A stretch of DNA of 64,000 bases from Polyangiales bacterium (GTDB lineage: Bacteria; Myxococcota_A; Polyangia; Polyangiales; Polyangiaceae). A model generated the notes under the pieces. It searched no databases, was not told the origin of the DNA, and saw only the letters and a program-made list of their open reading frames with translations. The stretch lies in assembly GCA_038230375.1 (NCBI GenBank), contig JBBRNJ010000002.1, positions 128,001 through 192,000 on the forward strand. Direction: 5' to 3'. Both the position numbers and the translations under genes were made by a program. Positions 20,442 to 30,333 of the stretch are shown here, piece after piece; positions within the stretch are counted from its first letter, which is position 1; every line of letters begins with the position of its first letter.

Positions 20442-21592
20442 ATGGCTGTTGTTCACCGCATCTACTTCTCTCCCGGCATGTTCGGCTTCGGTCGCCTCGC
20501 CCGGTCGACTACTTCGCCCATCTCGAGAAGGCGCTGACGCGACGGTTCGTGGAGCGCGGGCTTTCGGTGGAGACGTTCGTCAATGACGTTGCGCCGACGG
20601 CTTCGATAAGAAGGCGTGCCGCGCGGCTCGCGGAGCTGATCGCGCGCACAGCCTCGGACGATCTCGGGCCGATCCACCTCGTCGGGCACTCGACCGGTGG
20701 GTTGGACGCACGCATCGTGGCGTCGCCATCGGGTGCGCTTGGTGTAGCCGCGGACAAGCTCGCGTTTCGGCCCAGGATTCGCACGATCACCACGCTCAAC
20801 ACCCCGCATTTCGGTACACCTCTCGCCAGCTTCTTCACCACCGTCAGCGGTCAGCGGCTCCTCTATGCGCTCAGCGCTCTGACGTTCATCGCGCTGTCGC
20901 TCGGCGGTCCTCCGCTGTCCGTGGGCGGCACGTTCGTTCTCGCCATCGGCCGCATCGACAAGCTGATTGGCCTCCGGCTGCGCGTGCTGGACTCGGCCAC
21001 GGACCGCCTGCTCAACGTGCTCGAGCCCGAGACGATGCGAGAAGTGACGAGCTACCTCGAGGCCATCAAGAAGGATCAGGGCGCCATGGTGCAGCTCATG
21101 CCCGAGGCGATGGATCTTTTCGTCGCCGGCATCGAGGACTGCCCGACAGTCCGGTATCAATCGGTCGCCACCATGGCGACCCCGCCGAGCCCGGGCCGGG
21201 CCATCAAGGCGCTCCTCCACCCCTGGACGGTGCTGTCGGGCACCATCTTCGCCACGCTCTACGGGATCACGTCCCGCATGGACGAGGTCTACCCGTGCTC
21301 ATCCGAGACCCTCGACAACGACGTGGAGGCCATCCTGCGCGAGGCGTTCGGTCACGCGCCGGGCGGTCGCTCCAACGACGGGGTGGTCCCGCTCCGCTCC
21401 CAGATCTGGGGGAAGCTGGTCTGGGCAGGGCTCGGTGATCACCTGGATGTGCTGGGACACTTCTCTGGCAAGGAACCCCAGAGCGAGCACAAGGACTGGC
21501 TCACGTCCGGCTCCGGCTTCGACGAGGCACGCTTCGGCACGATGGTCGACCGCATCGCCGACGGCATGCTCAGCGGCGAGCCGACGACGTGA
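20442..21592 (+). pseudogene. alpha/beta-hydrolase (lipase-like) gene with an apparent 1-bp frameshift near 20500 (real or sequencing error)
   Basis: ATG 20442 gives MAVVHRIYFSPGMFGFGRLA; the next frame continues VDYFAHLEKALTRRFVERG into ORF 20549..21592 with GHSTGG, TPHFGT, NDGVVP, DHLD. Confidence 0.7.
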
Positions 21593-22682
21593 CGCTTCGG
21601 TAGATCTCCGCGTAGCCGGCGGCCATCGACGCCCGCGAATACGACGCAACGACCTTCGCGCGGGCGCGCCCGCCGAGCTCTGGCAACGTTGCCAGGTTCT
21701 CCTTGGCGTCGCGCATGTGCGCGGCAAGCTGATCGACCCGCGCCACGTCGACCTCGCGTGAGGGCGCGCCCACGAGCGAGATGTCCGGATCGGTGATCTC
21801 GCGAATGCCACCCGTGGCGAGGCCCACGACGGGCCGCCCCATCGCCATGGCCTCCAGGAATGCAATGCCAAGGCCTTCGGCGCGCGAGCTGGCGAGGATG
21901 GCGTGCGCCTCTGGAATGACTGTGGTCGGATCGTCCACGTGGCCGCGCAGCTCCACCCGCGCGTCCAGCCCGAGATCCTTCACCAGCCGCGCAATGTCCG
22001 CGCGGTCCTCGCCGTCACCACACAACAGGAGCCGCACGTCGGGGACGCGGGCAAGGGCCCTGAGCGCGAGGTCGGCGCCCTTGCGCGGCTCGAGGCGGCC
22101 CAGGAACAGCAACGTGAGCGGTCTGCCGGCAGGCAGCGGCGGCGCGAGCACGAACCTGTCCGTGTCGACGCCATTCGGGATCACACTGACCTTCTTGGCG
22201 GCCCACGGTGCCTTCTTCCGGAAGCGTTCAGCGACGTGCGCGCTCACCGCGACGGACGCGGAGGCGCGCGCAAGCGACCAGCGGGCGAAGGGCCAGGCCG
22301 TGGGGTCGTCGAGCACGCGCGTGGAGTGCTCGGTGCGCACCACTGGCAGCCCGAGCGATCGCGCGGCGCGCGTGCCGAGCACCTGCGAGCCCAGCGTGTG
22401 AACGTGCACCACGTCCACGGCTGCGTCGCTGAGCTCGCGCGTCAGCCACGTAGCGTCCAATGGGCCAAGCTGCCGCCACACGAAGGCGACCGGATTCTCG
22501 TGGACGGCGCCGCGGTCGTGGACAACGAGCTCCGCATCTCGGAAGACCTTGTAGAGCGGCCGCGACGGCGTGAAGAGGAACACCTCGTGGGCCGCGCCTG
22601 TCTCCACGCTTCGCGCGAGCGTGGCAAGCATGCGCTCGGCGCCGCCGATCTCTCCCGCGACCACGACGTGCCCGATCTTCAA
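21570..22682 (-). CDS. GT4-family glycosyltransferase
   Basis: IGGAE, HVHT, IPNGVD, GRLEPRKG, EGLGIAFLEAMAMG; TTG start overlaps the upstream stop. Confidence 0.9.
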   Translation of the reverse strand: MKIGHVVVAGEIGGAERMLATLARSVETGAAHEVFLFTPSRPLYKVFRDAELVVHDRGAVHENPVAFVWRQLGPLDATWLTRELSDAAVDVVHVHTLGSQVLGTRAARSLGLPVVRTEHSTRVLDDPTAWPFARWSLARASASVAVSAHVAERFRKKAPWAAKKVSVIPNGVDTDRFVLAPPLPAGRPLTLLFLGRLEPRKGADLALRALARVPDVRLLLCGDGEDRADIARLVKDLGLDARVELRGHVDDPTTVIPEAHAILASSRAEGLGIAFLEAMAMGRPVVGLATGGIREITDPDISLVGAPSREVDVARVDQLAAHMRDAKENLATLPELGGRARAKVVASYSRASMAAGYAEIYRSVTSSARR

Positions 22683-24004
22683 AGCTTCTCTGCTTTCTCG
22701 CTGGCGTCGCGCGCGATCAGCTGTGTGATACGGCGCTCGAACCGAACGTAGAACACGATCGCCACCACCGTCTGCATCATGGACGTCGAGAGCGCGATCC
22801 CCTCGAGGCCGAGCACCGACAGGAGGATGACGTTGAACACGGCGTTCGCCGTGGCGTTCAGGAAGCCCATCGAGATCATGATGCCGCTGTTCTGGATGGC
22901 CACGTGGGCGCGCGCAAGCACCAGGAGCGCACCGAACGAGGCAACGCCGACGAGGTGATAGGGGACGATCTTTGCCATGCGCTCCACGCCCCCCGCGTCC
23001 ATCTGCCCGTGCAGGAATGCGAGCCGCAGCAGCGGTCCGCGCACCACGAAGAGGAGGCCGCTCGTGGCCACGGCCGCCGCGGTGACCCATACGATGGCCT
23101 TGCGCACCGTGGTCCGCAGCTTCTCGTACTGGCGCTCCGCGTAGTCGTCGGACAGGTGCGAGAGCAGCACGGGGAGCAGCGCGGCCTGGAGCAGTGAGGT
23201 GGGCAGCGACGCGACGTCGCCCGAGTAGCGGAGCAGCGTGCCGCCGCCAGACACGTTTGCCATGCCGGCCATCAGCTGATCGACCACCGGGTTCACGCGT
23301 GTCACGGCGCCGCCCGACACCTCTGCGGCGATCAGGCGCACGAAGCGTCGCAGCGGCTCCGTCACGGTCAGAGACAGCTTGATGTCGAGTGCCTTCCGCG
23401 CGAAGAGCCACGTGAGCGCGATCGTGGTGAGCTCGCCGCCCAGCTGCCCCACGGGCACCGCCGCCACGCCGGCGGACGTTCGCATCCCGTAGATGGTGCC
23501 CAGCGTGCAGAGCACGCCCGCCGCGCTCAGGATCGGCTGCTGGAAGAACTTCTTCTCCGCGGAGAGGAGCGCGAACAGCAGCGTCTTCACGGAGAGCGCG
23601 AGCAGGAAGAAGCAGAACGGCACGACCATCTTCGCGGCGAGCTCGAGCTCCGCGGCTCCGTATTTCATGCGGAAGTAGATCGTGGCGAGCAGGCCGATGA
23701 TCGCCGACAGGCCGCCGCCCACGATCAGCGTGTAGGCGACGAGCGAGCCGCGAAGCTGCGGCAGCGACGCAGGGTCCTTCTTCCGCGCCTCCGCGAGGAT
23801 CGGCACCACGGCGGAGTCCTGGTAAGCCGCAAACACCAGCGAGCCCGCGAGCGAGAACACCGCCCACGAGAAATAGTAGACGTCCGTCGCCACCGAGCGC
23901 CCGAACAGCGTCGCGAGGAGCAGCGGTAGCAGGGCCTCGGTCGCGCGGAGCAGCACCTGCGCCGGGAAGAGCAGCGCAGCGGTCCTGGCGATCTGGTTGC
24001 TCAC
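22679..24004 (-). CDS. MurJ/MviN-like (MOP superfamily) lipid-linked oligosaccharide flippase
   Basis: About 12 TM segments, LFGRSVATDVY, NPVVDQLMA, LLPVLLS, GIALSTS; GTG start overlaps the upstream TGA. Confidence 0.8.
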   Translation of the reverse strand: MSNQIARTAALLFPAQVLLRATEALLPLLLATLFGRSVATDVYYFSWAVFSLAGSLVFAAYQDSAVVPILAEARKKDPASLPQLRGSLVAYTLIVGGGLSAIIGLLATIYFRMKYGAAELELAAKMVVPFCFFLLALSVKTLLFALLSAEKKFFQQPILSAAGVLCTLGTIYGMRTSAGVAAVPVGQLGGELTTIALTWLFARKALDIKLSLTVTEPLRRFVRLIAAEVSGGAVTRVNPVVDQLMAGMANVSGGGTLLRYSGDVASLPTSLLQAALLPVLLSHLSDDYAERQYEKLRTTVRKAIVWVTAAAVATSGLLFVVRGPLLRLAFLHGQMDAGGVERMAKIVPYHLVGVASFGALLVLARAHVAIQNSGIMISMGFLNATANAVFNVILLSVLGLEGIALSTSMMQTVVAIVFYVRFERRITQLIARDASEKAEKL

Positions 24005-24939
24005 GGCGCGAGGATCTCTGGCAGATCCGATAGGCCCACGACGCTGACGCCCTCCCGCTCGCAGAACGAGAGCAGCGCGGACAGGCGCGACAGGATCGCG
24101 CGGGCCTCGGACTCGTTCTTTGCGTATGGGCTCTTGCCGGGAACGACCTCCACGTTGTGGAACATGGCGCAGAGGACCAGCGGTCGGTCCGGCGCGGCGG
24201 CGAGCGCAGCAGCAAGCTCCTCCTTCGCGACCTGGACGATGCTCTCCTCCGTCCCGCGCGTGGGACGCAGCCACCGTGGCTCTGCGAGCTTGCCGACGAT
24301 CGGGATGCGGGAGAGCGCGCTCGGGCGGATCGTCACGGGCACCTCCCACATGCGCGAGCTCCCGGGACGGCCGGGCTCGTTCGGATCTGGATGGTATGGC
24401 TGGGTGGGGGAGCCGCGGAAGTCGAGGCCTCGTGCGCCCGCGCTGGACCATTCCATGTGCGGCGTCACGCTCGACTCCACCTCGTAGCCCAGCGACTCCA
24501 GGATGGGCACGCTGTTCTTGCCGACGCCGAAGCGCCCGGCGCGGAAGCACGTGGGCTTGCGATCGAAGGTCGCCGTGAACGACTCCGTGAGCGTGGTGAG
24601 CTTCGCGCGCTCCTCTTCCGCGGAGCAGTCACGCTGGAACGCCGCTGTCTCGTCCGGGATGTAGGCACCAGGCTCCGCGAGCTCCGCGTGGAGATGGGTG
24701 CCGAGATCGCTCTCCTTCGCCAGCGTGCGCAGGAGCGCGACGCTCTCCTCGTGTCGCATGATCTCAGGAGACAGGAGGTAGGTCGCCTTCGCGCGGTGCT
24801 CGCGGAAGAGGGGCGCCAGGCGTTGCCCGAGACCATCCTTGATGCCGGAGAATCCAAGCGGCTTCTCCACCTTCCAGCCCGCGCCCTTGTCGCACTCCGT
24901 ATCGATCGTGACGCAGAGGTAGCGGGAGCGGATGGTCAC
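24001..24939 (-). CDS. polysaccharide deacetylase (WalW-like, CE4-related)
   Basis: VTIDTECD, GTHLH, FRAGRFG, WLRP, MFHNVE motifs. Confidence 0.8.
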   Translation of the reverse strand: MTIRSRYLCVTIDTECDKGAGWKVEKPLGFSGIKDGLGQRLAPLFREHRAKATYLLSPEIMRHEESVALLRTLAKESDLGTHLHAELAEPGAYIPDETAAFQRDCSAEEERAKLTTLTESFTATFDRKPTCFRAGRFGVGKNSVPILESLGYEVESSVTPHMEWSSAGARGLDFRGSPTQPYHPDPNEPGRPGSSRMWEVPVTIRPSALSRIPIVGKLAEPRWLRPTRGTEESIVQVAKEELAAALAAAPDRPLVLCAMFHNVEVVPGKSPYAKNESEARAILSRLSALLSFCEREGVSVVGLSDLPEILAP

Positions 24940-24956
24940 GACCCCATCGATATAGC

Positions 24957-25020
24957 AAAAAAGAACACCCCGTCGGGTATCACGAAGCGCGTCGGCGCCT
25001 GTGCGTGAAGCCAGGCGCCG
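24957..25020 (-). terminator. candidate terminator hairpins downstream of the Cys-rich lipoprotein gene
   Basis: 9-bp stem CGGCGCCTG/CAGGCGCCG (24993-25020), then a short hairpin followed by TCTTTTTT on the minus strand. Confidence 0.4.
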
Positions 25021-25055
25021 CTCGTTCACGCTCGCGTTCGAGCGGCTGTGTCAGC

Positions 25056-27179
25056 TCACTTGAAGCGCATGCAGCGCGCGCCCATGGAGCCCGACTTGTA
25101 GCGCGGCGTTGTCTGCTGGTTCTTGTGGTGGATGATGCTGCCCCACTCGACGCCGTACCCGCGGTAGTCGAAGCGAATGACCTCACCCCTCTTGAGCACG
25201 GCCTCCTGCAGGTTGCCGACCATGTCCATCCAGGGCTCGTCACCGGCGGTCTTGACGACCGCATCATTCGCGACGCGTCCAGGGCTGGTGATCTTGCTGG
25301 AGTCGTCAAAGTCGTTGTCCACGCCCGGGTAGTAACCGGCCTGGTCTGGCATGTTGTAGCAACCCTGCGAGCCGTCCGAGAACGAGTTGACGTAGCCCGC
25401 AGCGCCGCTGTACGCGCCCGTGTAGCCAGCACAGCAGGGACCGCAGCTCGAGTTGCCACCGACGTACTTGCCGGTGAGCACTGGAACACCGCTCACATAA
25501 ACGGGCTGCACCGAGTTGCCGGTGATGTAGTCCATGACCTCGGCGGTCGCGAGCTGCCCGCCGTCCCACGCGCAGAACGCCGCGAAGAGCGCGTTCGGCG
25601 AGCAGTTGAGCGCCTTGTCGTCCAGGATGTCCTGGGGGTAGTTCTTGCCGACGCCGCCCGAGATAGCCGCGATCGTCGCGGCGTCGAACCAGTAGGTCGA
25701 GTAGCCGTACTGGCCGTGACCGTTGCCGCAGTTGAGCGCGTGCGCAGCTGCGTAGTCGGGCGTGGGCCAGCCTGGCCCGGTGTTGTAGTCCGGAAACAGG
25801 TGGCCGCCGCCAAGCGCGAAATCGACGCCGACGTCCTGCATGAAGCTACCGGTCGCGACGCTCCACGAAGGGCTCTGCGTGGGGAAGTTGGCGAGGAATT
25901 GATCCTGTCCAGGCGCAAGCAACGCATTGCCGGCGGGTGTCGGGTTGGTGGTTGTCCACGCCGCCATCGACCCCGTGAAGTTGGTCGGCAGGTAGTTCTC
26001 CCAACCGTTGTTCCAGCGCGTCGGCCTGTGAGCGGCGGTGTACGTCTTGATGTCCGGCGCGCCTCCGTTGCCGTTCGCGATCGATGTGACGAACGCACGC
26101 ATACGGCCCGCAGTGATCTCGTACTTGTCGACGTAGACCGCCTTGCCCGGCGCCGCCACGTTGTCTGGATAGCCACTCACGAGGAGCGACTTGCAGCAGG
26201 TCTCGTGACCAGCCACCACGGTGCCCGCGGCGGTCATGTGAGAGGGAGTACCGACGACGTTGTTGTACTCGCCAAGACCACACGTCTGCGTTCCGTGGAG
26301 GCCGCCCTTGCAGCTGGCGCCGGGGGAGCACCGGCTCTTCGAGTCGCAGATGGTCGACGTGCAGTCCTTGTCGACCTTGCAGCCGAGGAACCAGTCGCAC
26401 GCCGGTGACTTGGTGCCTCCGCAGTTGATGTCGGTCTCGTCGCCGTCCTTGGTGCCCACGACGTGATCGCCGCAGATGCCTGCGTTGCAGTGGCCCCAGA
26501 AGCAGTCACCGTCGCCGCCGCATTTCTTGCCCTTGTCGCAGAGCGGGGCATTCGTGGGCGCGGTGCCGCCGCAGTCGATGTCCGACTCGGTGCCGTTCTT
26601 CACGCCGTCCATGCTGGTGGGCCCGGCGCAGAGGTTGTCCTTGCCGCACACGCCGCTGTCGCAGTCCGCGCCGGTCTTGCAACCACCGGCCAGCGCGCAC
26701 TTCGGGCATGTCGGGCCGCCGCAGTCGACGCCGGTCTCGGCGCCGTTCACGAGCTTGTCGGTGCAAGACGGGCCCTGACAGGTTCCCGTGCATACTGCAT
26801 CGACGCAGTCTGCCGGCACGGTGCATGTCTTGCCGTCGACGCAGGGCGTACAGGAGCCGCCGCAGTCGAGGTCCGTCTCGTCGCCATCCTTCGAGCCATC
26901 GCTGCAGCTCGCCGGCGGCACGTTGCACACGCCGTTGGTGCACACGTCGCCCTTGATGCAATCCTGCGCCGTCTTGCAGGCCGCGCCGGTGGGACACGGC
27001 TTCGTGTCGCGACCGCAGTTGCCGCCGTCGACGGTGGGGGTGGTGATCACGCCCGCGTCGCCGTCTGTGTTGGTCGGATCTGGATTCGAGTTGGTGCTGC
27101 TGCCTCCGCTGCACGCAGCGATGAGAGCGGCCACGAACGCACTACTCAATGCAGGGACCAAGAGGCGGGATTCGCGCAT
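25056..27179 (-). CDS. Cys-rich repeat lipoprotein with a C-terminal FGE/CLec-like domain
   Basis: Lipobox IAAC; four (D/N)G.E(T/S)(D/G).(D/N)CGG repeats; VDKYEIT, DMVGNLQE, GARCMR. Confidence 0.8.
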   Translation of the reverse strand: MRESRLLVPALSSAFVAALIAACSGGSSTNSNPDPTNTDGDAGVITTPTVDGGNCGRDTKPCPTGAACKTAQDCIKGDVCTNGVCNVPPASCSDGSKDGDETDLDCGGSCTPCVDGKTCTVPADCVDAVCTGTCQGPSCTDKLVNGAETGVDCGGPTCPKCALAGGCKTGADCDSGVCGKDNLCAGPTSMDGVKNGTESDIDCGGTAPTNAPLCDKGKKCGGDGDCFWGHCNAGICGDHVVGTKDGDETDINCGGTKSPACDWFLGCKVDKDCTSTICDSKSRCSPGASCKGGLHGTQTCGLGEYNNVVGTPSHMTAAGTVVAGHETCCKSLLVSGYPDNVAAPGKAVYVDKYEITAGRMRAFVTSIANGNGGAPDIKTYTAAHRPTRWNNGWENYLPTNFTGSMAAWTTTNPTPAGNALLAPGQDQFLANFPTQSPSWSVATGSFMQDVGVDFALGGGHLFPDYNTGPGWPTPDYAAAHALNCGNGHGQYGYSTYWFDAATIAAISGGVGKNYPQDILDDKALNCSPNALFAAFCAWDGGQLATAEVMDYITGNSVQPVYVSGVPVLTGKYVGGNSSCGPCCAGYTGAYSGAAGYVNSFSDGSQGCYNMPDQAGYYPGVDNDFDDSSKITSPGRVANDAVVKTAGDEPWMDMVGNLQEAVLKRGEVIRFDYRGYGVEWGSIIHHKNQQTTPRYKSGSMGARCMRFK

Positions 27180-27440
27180 CAGAAAAGCATACCCAACATC
27201 TAGGGCGGGGAAAGGTCGAAGGTGCAATTTTACGATGAACTCATAATCGTCGCCACGTCCCCGCCACCTCCCGCCAGGAACTGCCTTCTTTTGTGTGATG
27301 GATCAAAGAGCCATCACCCATTCACGTGACGTCAGTGGCGGTCGCGATCTGCCGCCGGTCCGGTTGGCACGGTCGGTCCGCGCCTGATGGCGGCGCGCGG
27401 AGGCCGCCGTCCAGGCAGCCCTGGCCCTGGACGCGCTACC

Positions 27441-29159
27441 TCACTTCGGCGGGTTTCCGGGCGACTGCCCGATTGCGCGCGCGGTGTCGGCCATGTCTGC
27501 GCTTCGCTTCTGCGCCAGCGCCTTCAGCGCGGGATCTGCTGTCTTCGCCGCAACGTGATCGAAACGCTCCTTCAGCTTGACGAAGAACGGCGCGTTGGTG
27601 GCCATGCCCTCGGGCGGCGCGACGAAGGTCAGATACGCGGCGTCGTACTCCGCGTACGGCGCGTCCGGATCTTCGCGAGCCGCAAGGGCGTCGAGCTCCT
27701 TCGTGTCGCTCCACTTGAGCGCGCTGGGCGACGCCACGCGCATCAGCTCCACCGCCGACGCGGGGCCGCGCCGCAGCACGGCCGCGAGCGAGGCCTCGAA
27801 CCCGAGCGGCTGCGACTCCGAGAAGGTCGCGACCAGCGCGCGATCGAAGTCCACGCCGCGCACGTGCAGCATGCCGGACGCGAGCCGCGCGCGCGCGTAG
27901 AGCATGCGGGTGGGGTCCTCGGGCTTGATCTCCTGCCTGTTCGCGAGCCGGCCTTCCATCGACGCACGCGCCGCCGGCGGCATGCCGCGCATGGACCACG
28001 CAGTCAACGCAGCCGCATCGGGCGTGCCCACCAGACGATCGGCATAGAACGGCGGCAGCGCGGCGAAGAGCGGGTTCGGCGCACCTGTGAGCCGGGGCGG
28101 GAGCACAAGGCCCGAAAGTGCGACCATGCGCTTGCCCGCATAGAGAGTCTCGAGCAGCGTCCGCGCTTCGTCGACGCGTGTATCCTGCACATATCCGCAC
28201 TGCGCCAGCACCTCCAGCCCGAAGAGCGCGGCGTCGCGCCCGCGGGCCTTGCGCGGCTCCATCGCCTCGTCGAGGGCGCTGTAGTACACCGACGACAGCT
28301 CGCGGTCTGCCTTCCACTCCGCGGGGATGGGCGCCTTGCGCGCAAGGTCGACGAAGCGCATGTCCGCCACGCCGGCCTGCACGGCGGCGATGCCCTGGCC
28401 GCACGACTTCTCCCCCTTCGCGACGGACGCGGAGAGCGTCTCGATGGAGCGCGCCTCCTTCTCGAACCACGTCTTCATCGGACCCTGCAGGTAGGCCGCG
28501 ACCGCCTTTCGGTCCGCGGCTCCCTTCATCTCGGGCGGCGCAGTCACCATGCGCGAGAGCTTCGCGGCGTACGAGATCCCCACCAGCTGGTGGGCCACCG
28601 CCGGCTCCATGTTGGTAGGGTGCGATGCGAGCAGCGGATCCGTGAGCACGTCCGCGCACTCGACAGGCGCGAGCTCTGCGCGCAGCGCGCGAATCATTCC
28701 GGAAGGAGCGGCGGCACACGACTCGAGCCGCGCGAGGCTCGCGTTCCAGCCTGCCTTCGGACCCGACATGGCGCGCGTGAGCTCCGCACCGAGCTCGATG
28801 GCGTTCGTGCAGACGGGCGCCGCGGCCTTGGGATCTGGCTTCGGTGTGGCTGCGAACGCCGCGCACGTGGCCTTCGCCTTGGGCGCGAGCGGCGCGGCCT
28901 TGTCGAACGCGGACCAGTCGGGCGCGCTCTTCGGTGCGACCCACGCTGCGTCGGCGCGGAGATCCGCGGGCAGCGCAGAGCGAGGCATCTGCGCCGGCGG
29001 TGAGTCCCCAGGCTTCGGGGTGGCCGTGGTGTCCGTGGGCGGCGGCGCCGTCTTCGTGTCCGCGGGCGTCGCCGGCTGCTTCGGCGTGGTCTCCGCGCAG
29101 CCTGTGAGCGAAGCGAGCGAGAGGAGGGCAATGCAGGGAAGGAGGGCGAGCGATCGCAT
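27441..29159 (-). CDS. hypothetical lipoprotein
   Basis: Lipobox LTGC, Pro/Thr-rich linker, helical body; strong codon bias. Confidence 0.75.
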   Translation of the reverse strand: MRSLALLPCIALLSLASLTGCAETTPKQPATPADTKTAPPPTDTTATPKPGDSPPAQMPRSALPADLRADAAWVAPKSAPDWSAFDKAAPLAPKAKATCAAFAATPKPDPKAAAPVCTNAIELGAELTRAMSGPKAGWNASLARLESCAAAPSGMIRALRAELAPVECADVLTDPLLASHPTNMEPAVAHQLVGISYAAKLSRMVTAPPEMKGAADRKAVAAYLQGPMKTWFEKEARSIETLSASVAKGEKSCGQGIAAVQAGVADMRFVDLARKAPIPAEWKADRELSSVYYSALDEAMEPRKARGRDAALFGLEVLAQCGYVQDTRVDEARTLLETLYAGKRMVALSGLVLPPRLTGAPNPLFAALPPFYADRLVGTPDAAALTAWSMRGMPPAARASMEGRLANRQEIKPEDPTRMLYARARLASGMLHVRGVDFDRALVATFSESQPLGFEASLAAVLRRGPASAVELMRVASPSALKWSDTKELDALAAREDPDAPYAEYDAAYLTFVAPPEGMATNAPFFVKLKERFDHVAAKTADPALKALAQKRSADMADTARAIGQSPGNPPK

Positions 29160-29233
29160 CGCCCATGTCTACAAGGTCGAGCCCCTCACCTCAACGCGCC
29201 TTTGCGGTCTTCGCGCTTCGGTGGGACGTCGGC

Positions 29234-30229
29234 TCACAACCAGATGACGTGCTCGCGGACCAGGGTCGTCGGGGTCTTCGCGAACTTCGACTTGAACGAG
29301 GCGATGGAGAGGCGCTTTGGATCGGTGTCACCGTCCATCGGGATGCCGCCCAGGTCGAACAACGCGCAGCCCTGTTCGAGTGCCCACTCCGCCGCCGCGA
29401 CGAACGTGGGTGCGGCCTTGGTGAACTCGCGCTCGTCGCTGGACGATGCGCCCATCACGTACGTGGCGATCGCGCCGTGCTTCGTGATGAACGCGGCCGA
29501 CACGACGTCCCCCAGGTGCTCCGTCAGGAAGAGCGCCGCGCGATCGGGAGCGCGACGTAGGTGCATGCGTAGCGCCTCGAAGTACTCTGCCGACTTCGTT
29601 GGCCGGCGCTGGTCCTCCATCATCGTCGCGTACATCGCCTGGAGCGCGGCGACGTCGTCGGGTCCGCCCTTGCGCGCGGTCGCGCCGGCCTTCTGCGCGC
29701 CGTTTGCTTTCTGGCGCACGGCCTGCCCGTCCTTGCCCGCGAAGATCGCGCCCTTCGCCTTTCCGGTGAGCTGCACGCGCACGGTTCGAGCATGCGCGGA
29801 GGAGAACGCGTGATCGACGGAGAAGCCGGCCTCGGCAAGGATCGTCTCGGCCTTCGCGGCCTCTTCGTCCGCGAAGTACGGCATCACGCTCAGCCGGACA
29901 ATGCCGCGAGAGCGGGCCCTCTTGTGGAGCGCATCGAGCACCTGTCGGAGATCGGACAGCGCGCATACGGGACCGCGCTCGACGACGGCGGCAGGCAGGG
30001 GAAGGCGGAGAGGTCCGCGCGCGCGAAGCACCAGCGCCGAGCCCTTCACATCACCGGAGCCATCACGCGCCAGGAAGAACCGTGGGGAGAACGACCTTCC
30101 GGCGGTGCCCAGCTGCGCGTAGGCGGAAGCCTGTGGATATGCTCCATGCGGGCTTCCGTCGACGAAGGCGTCGTACAGGGCTTGGTCCGCGTCGCCCAGC
30201 GAGCGTGACCATGTGACTCGTAGGCCCAC
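29234..30229 (-). CDS. FemAB/FemX-like GNAT (peptidyl/aminoacyl transferase)
   Basis: YPQ..AY, ERGPV, YVMGAS, FDLGG, FKSKF pattern typical of the FemAB family; start uncertain. Confidence 0.75.
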   Translation of the reverse strand: MGLRVTWSRSLGDADQALYDAFVDGSPHGAYPQASAYAQLGTAGRSFSPRFFLARDGSGDVKGSALVLRARGPLRLPLPAAVVERGPVCALSDLRQVLDALHKRARSRGIVRLSVMPYFADEEAAKAETILAEAGFSVDHAFSSAHARTVRVQLTGKAKGAIFAGKDGQAVRQKANGAQKAGATARKGGPDDVAALQAMYATMMEDQRRPTKSAEYFEALRMHLRRAPDRAALFLTEHLGDVVSAAFITKHGAIATYVMGASSSDEREFTKAAPTFVAAAEWALEQGCALFDLGGIPMDGDTDPKRLSIASFKSKFAKTPTTLVREHVIWL

Positions 30230-30333
30230 AGCATGGCTCTTACCGCCGTTCACATGCGTTGAACAGCACGAGGAAATTCGGCCGTGAAGGGGCATGGACG
30301 ATCGGGCACGGATGGTGCTACGGCAAGGCTCTC

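Noticed and set aside
22683..24215. 881-aa ORF suggesting a large GT fusion
   Set aside because: The upstream part is an off-frame read-through of the flippase gene; the real GT4 starts at 22682
19068..27179. Diversity-generating retroelement targeting the FGE/CLec-fold proteins
   Set aside because: No reverse transcriptase and no TR/VR repeat pair differing at adenines was seen in the window
25005..29166. Long alternative-frame ORFs (25005..26408, 27387..29003, 27436..29166) as overlapping genes
   Set aside because: Arg/Ala/Gly-rich shadow ORFs expected in high-GC DNA; the same applies to most other overlapping ORFs in the track
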